32,000 nt of DNA. Origin: Nostoc sp. PCC 7120 = FACHB-418. GTDB lineage: Bacteria; Cyanobacteriota; Cyanobacteriia; Cyanobacteriales; Nostocaceae. The notes beneath the pieces are model-generated. The model saw nothing but the letters and a program-made list of their open reading frames with translations. It was not told the DNA's origin and did no database searches. The stretch lies in the NCBI RefSeq assembly GCF_000009705.1, contig NC_003267.1, positions 1-32,000 on the forward strand. The letters run 5' to 3'. This document shows, piece after piece, positions 31,454 through 32,000 of the stretch. The position numbers and the translations under genes are program-made. Numbering within the stretch: the first letter of the stretch is position 1; the number at the start of each line of letters is the position of its first letter.

Positions 31454-32000
31454 TGGCAGTACCTACCTGTACTTTCTTTTGCCTCATACTGTTACCACAC
31501 AGGTAGAAAAATAATCCATAAACATCGGTTAATCGGTATTGCAGGGATTTGGCAGCCACTTGAGAGAAATTACTGGTGATTTGTGATTCCAAATGGTCAC
31601 ACCAGTTAACTGTAGTTGCCGAAAACAAGTTATTTAGTTGAGAGCGAAAATAGTGAGCAGTACCGCCACCAATAATCACTTCATCAACATCGCGGGGAAC
31701 TTGCAACTTTAACCAATTAGACAACATCATCCAGTATTCTTTTCTGCCGTTAGTCACAGCATTTCTAATTGTGGCTAACTCATGTTCTTTGTAAGCAGCA
31801 TCGACAACCGCCAATTCTTCTAGGGCTTTAGGATTAATATTTCGCCCAGCTTTGCAAATCGCCGCCGTTAACTGATGGGCATTTAAGCCGGATGTTTGCG
31901 CCATTACCGATTCAATCATTTTGGAGAATCCCAAAGGTTCTGTTTTCCCCTTGCTCATTTCCCCGCGTTCAATCACTAGGATAGAAGTATCCCGGTATCC
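31446..32000 (-). CDS. actin-fold ATPase, ParM/StbA-like (5' end outside the window)
   Basis: The frame is open to the window edge (GYRDTSILVIERGE... precedes the track's GTG start). GYRDTS resembles a phosphate-2 motif, and VIIGGGTAHYF resembles the adenosine-binding GGG motif of actin-like plasmid segregation ATPases. Confidence 0.45.
   Translation of the reverse strand, partial: GYRDTSILVIERGEMSKGKTEPLGFSKMIESVMAQTSGLNAHQLTAAICKAGRNINPKALEELAVVDAAYKEHELATIRNAVTNGRKEYWMMLSNWLKLQVPRDVDEVIIGGGTAHYFRSQLNNLFSATTVNWCDHLESQITSNFSQVAAKSLQYRLTDVYGLFFYLCGNSMRQKKVQVGTANG

Overview
This window reads as an accessory, plasmid-type region of a filamentous Nostoc/Anabaena-like cyanobacterium. By eye there are at least ten HIP1 octamers (GCGATCGC) and several STRR-like heptamer runs. 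Three ORFs match, from memory, Anabaena sp. PCC 7120 proteins: NucA, NuiA and the 773-aa catalase-related/lipoxygenase fusion.

Contents in order:
- A GC-rich tyrosine recombinase with a 28-bp dif-like palindrome upstream.
- A two-gene cassette: a small acidic protein plus a PIN-like protein whose catalytic core is split by a large Cys-rich insertion.
- A parA-parB module whose ParA has a degenerate Walker A. Its three 24-bp perfect palindromes sit inside parB and inside two decayed duplicates of that parB segment.
- A solo TnpB (IS200/IS605-type) element with hairpin ends.
- A decayed nucA/nuiA nuclease-inhibitor pair.
- A DUF4112 membrane protein.
- A very AT-rich 811-aa protein with an uncharacterised N-terminal part of about 540 aa fused to a classic AAA+ module.
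- An ISL3 element with about 70-bp heptamer-containing inverted repeats and a four-helix-bundle passenger gene.
- Gene remnants, then an ISAzo13 element.
- The catalase/lipoxygenase fusion.
- Dispersed MITE-like repeats and solo IS ends.
- A 1010-aa protein with 26 near-identical 31/32-aa helical repeats capped by pentapeptide repeats.
- RHH genes, vapBC and ardA with palindromes upstream.
- A ParM-like operon that runs off the window edge.

I saw no rRNA, tRNA or CRISPR array, but tRNA detection by eye is weak. All family assignments rest on motifs read from the supplied translations; no database search was possible.
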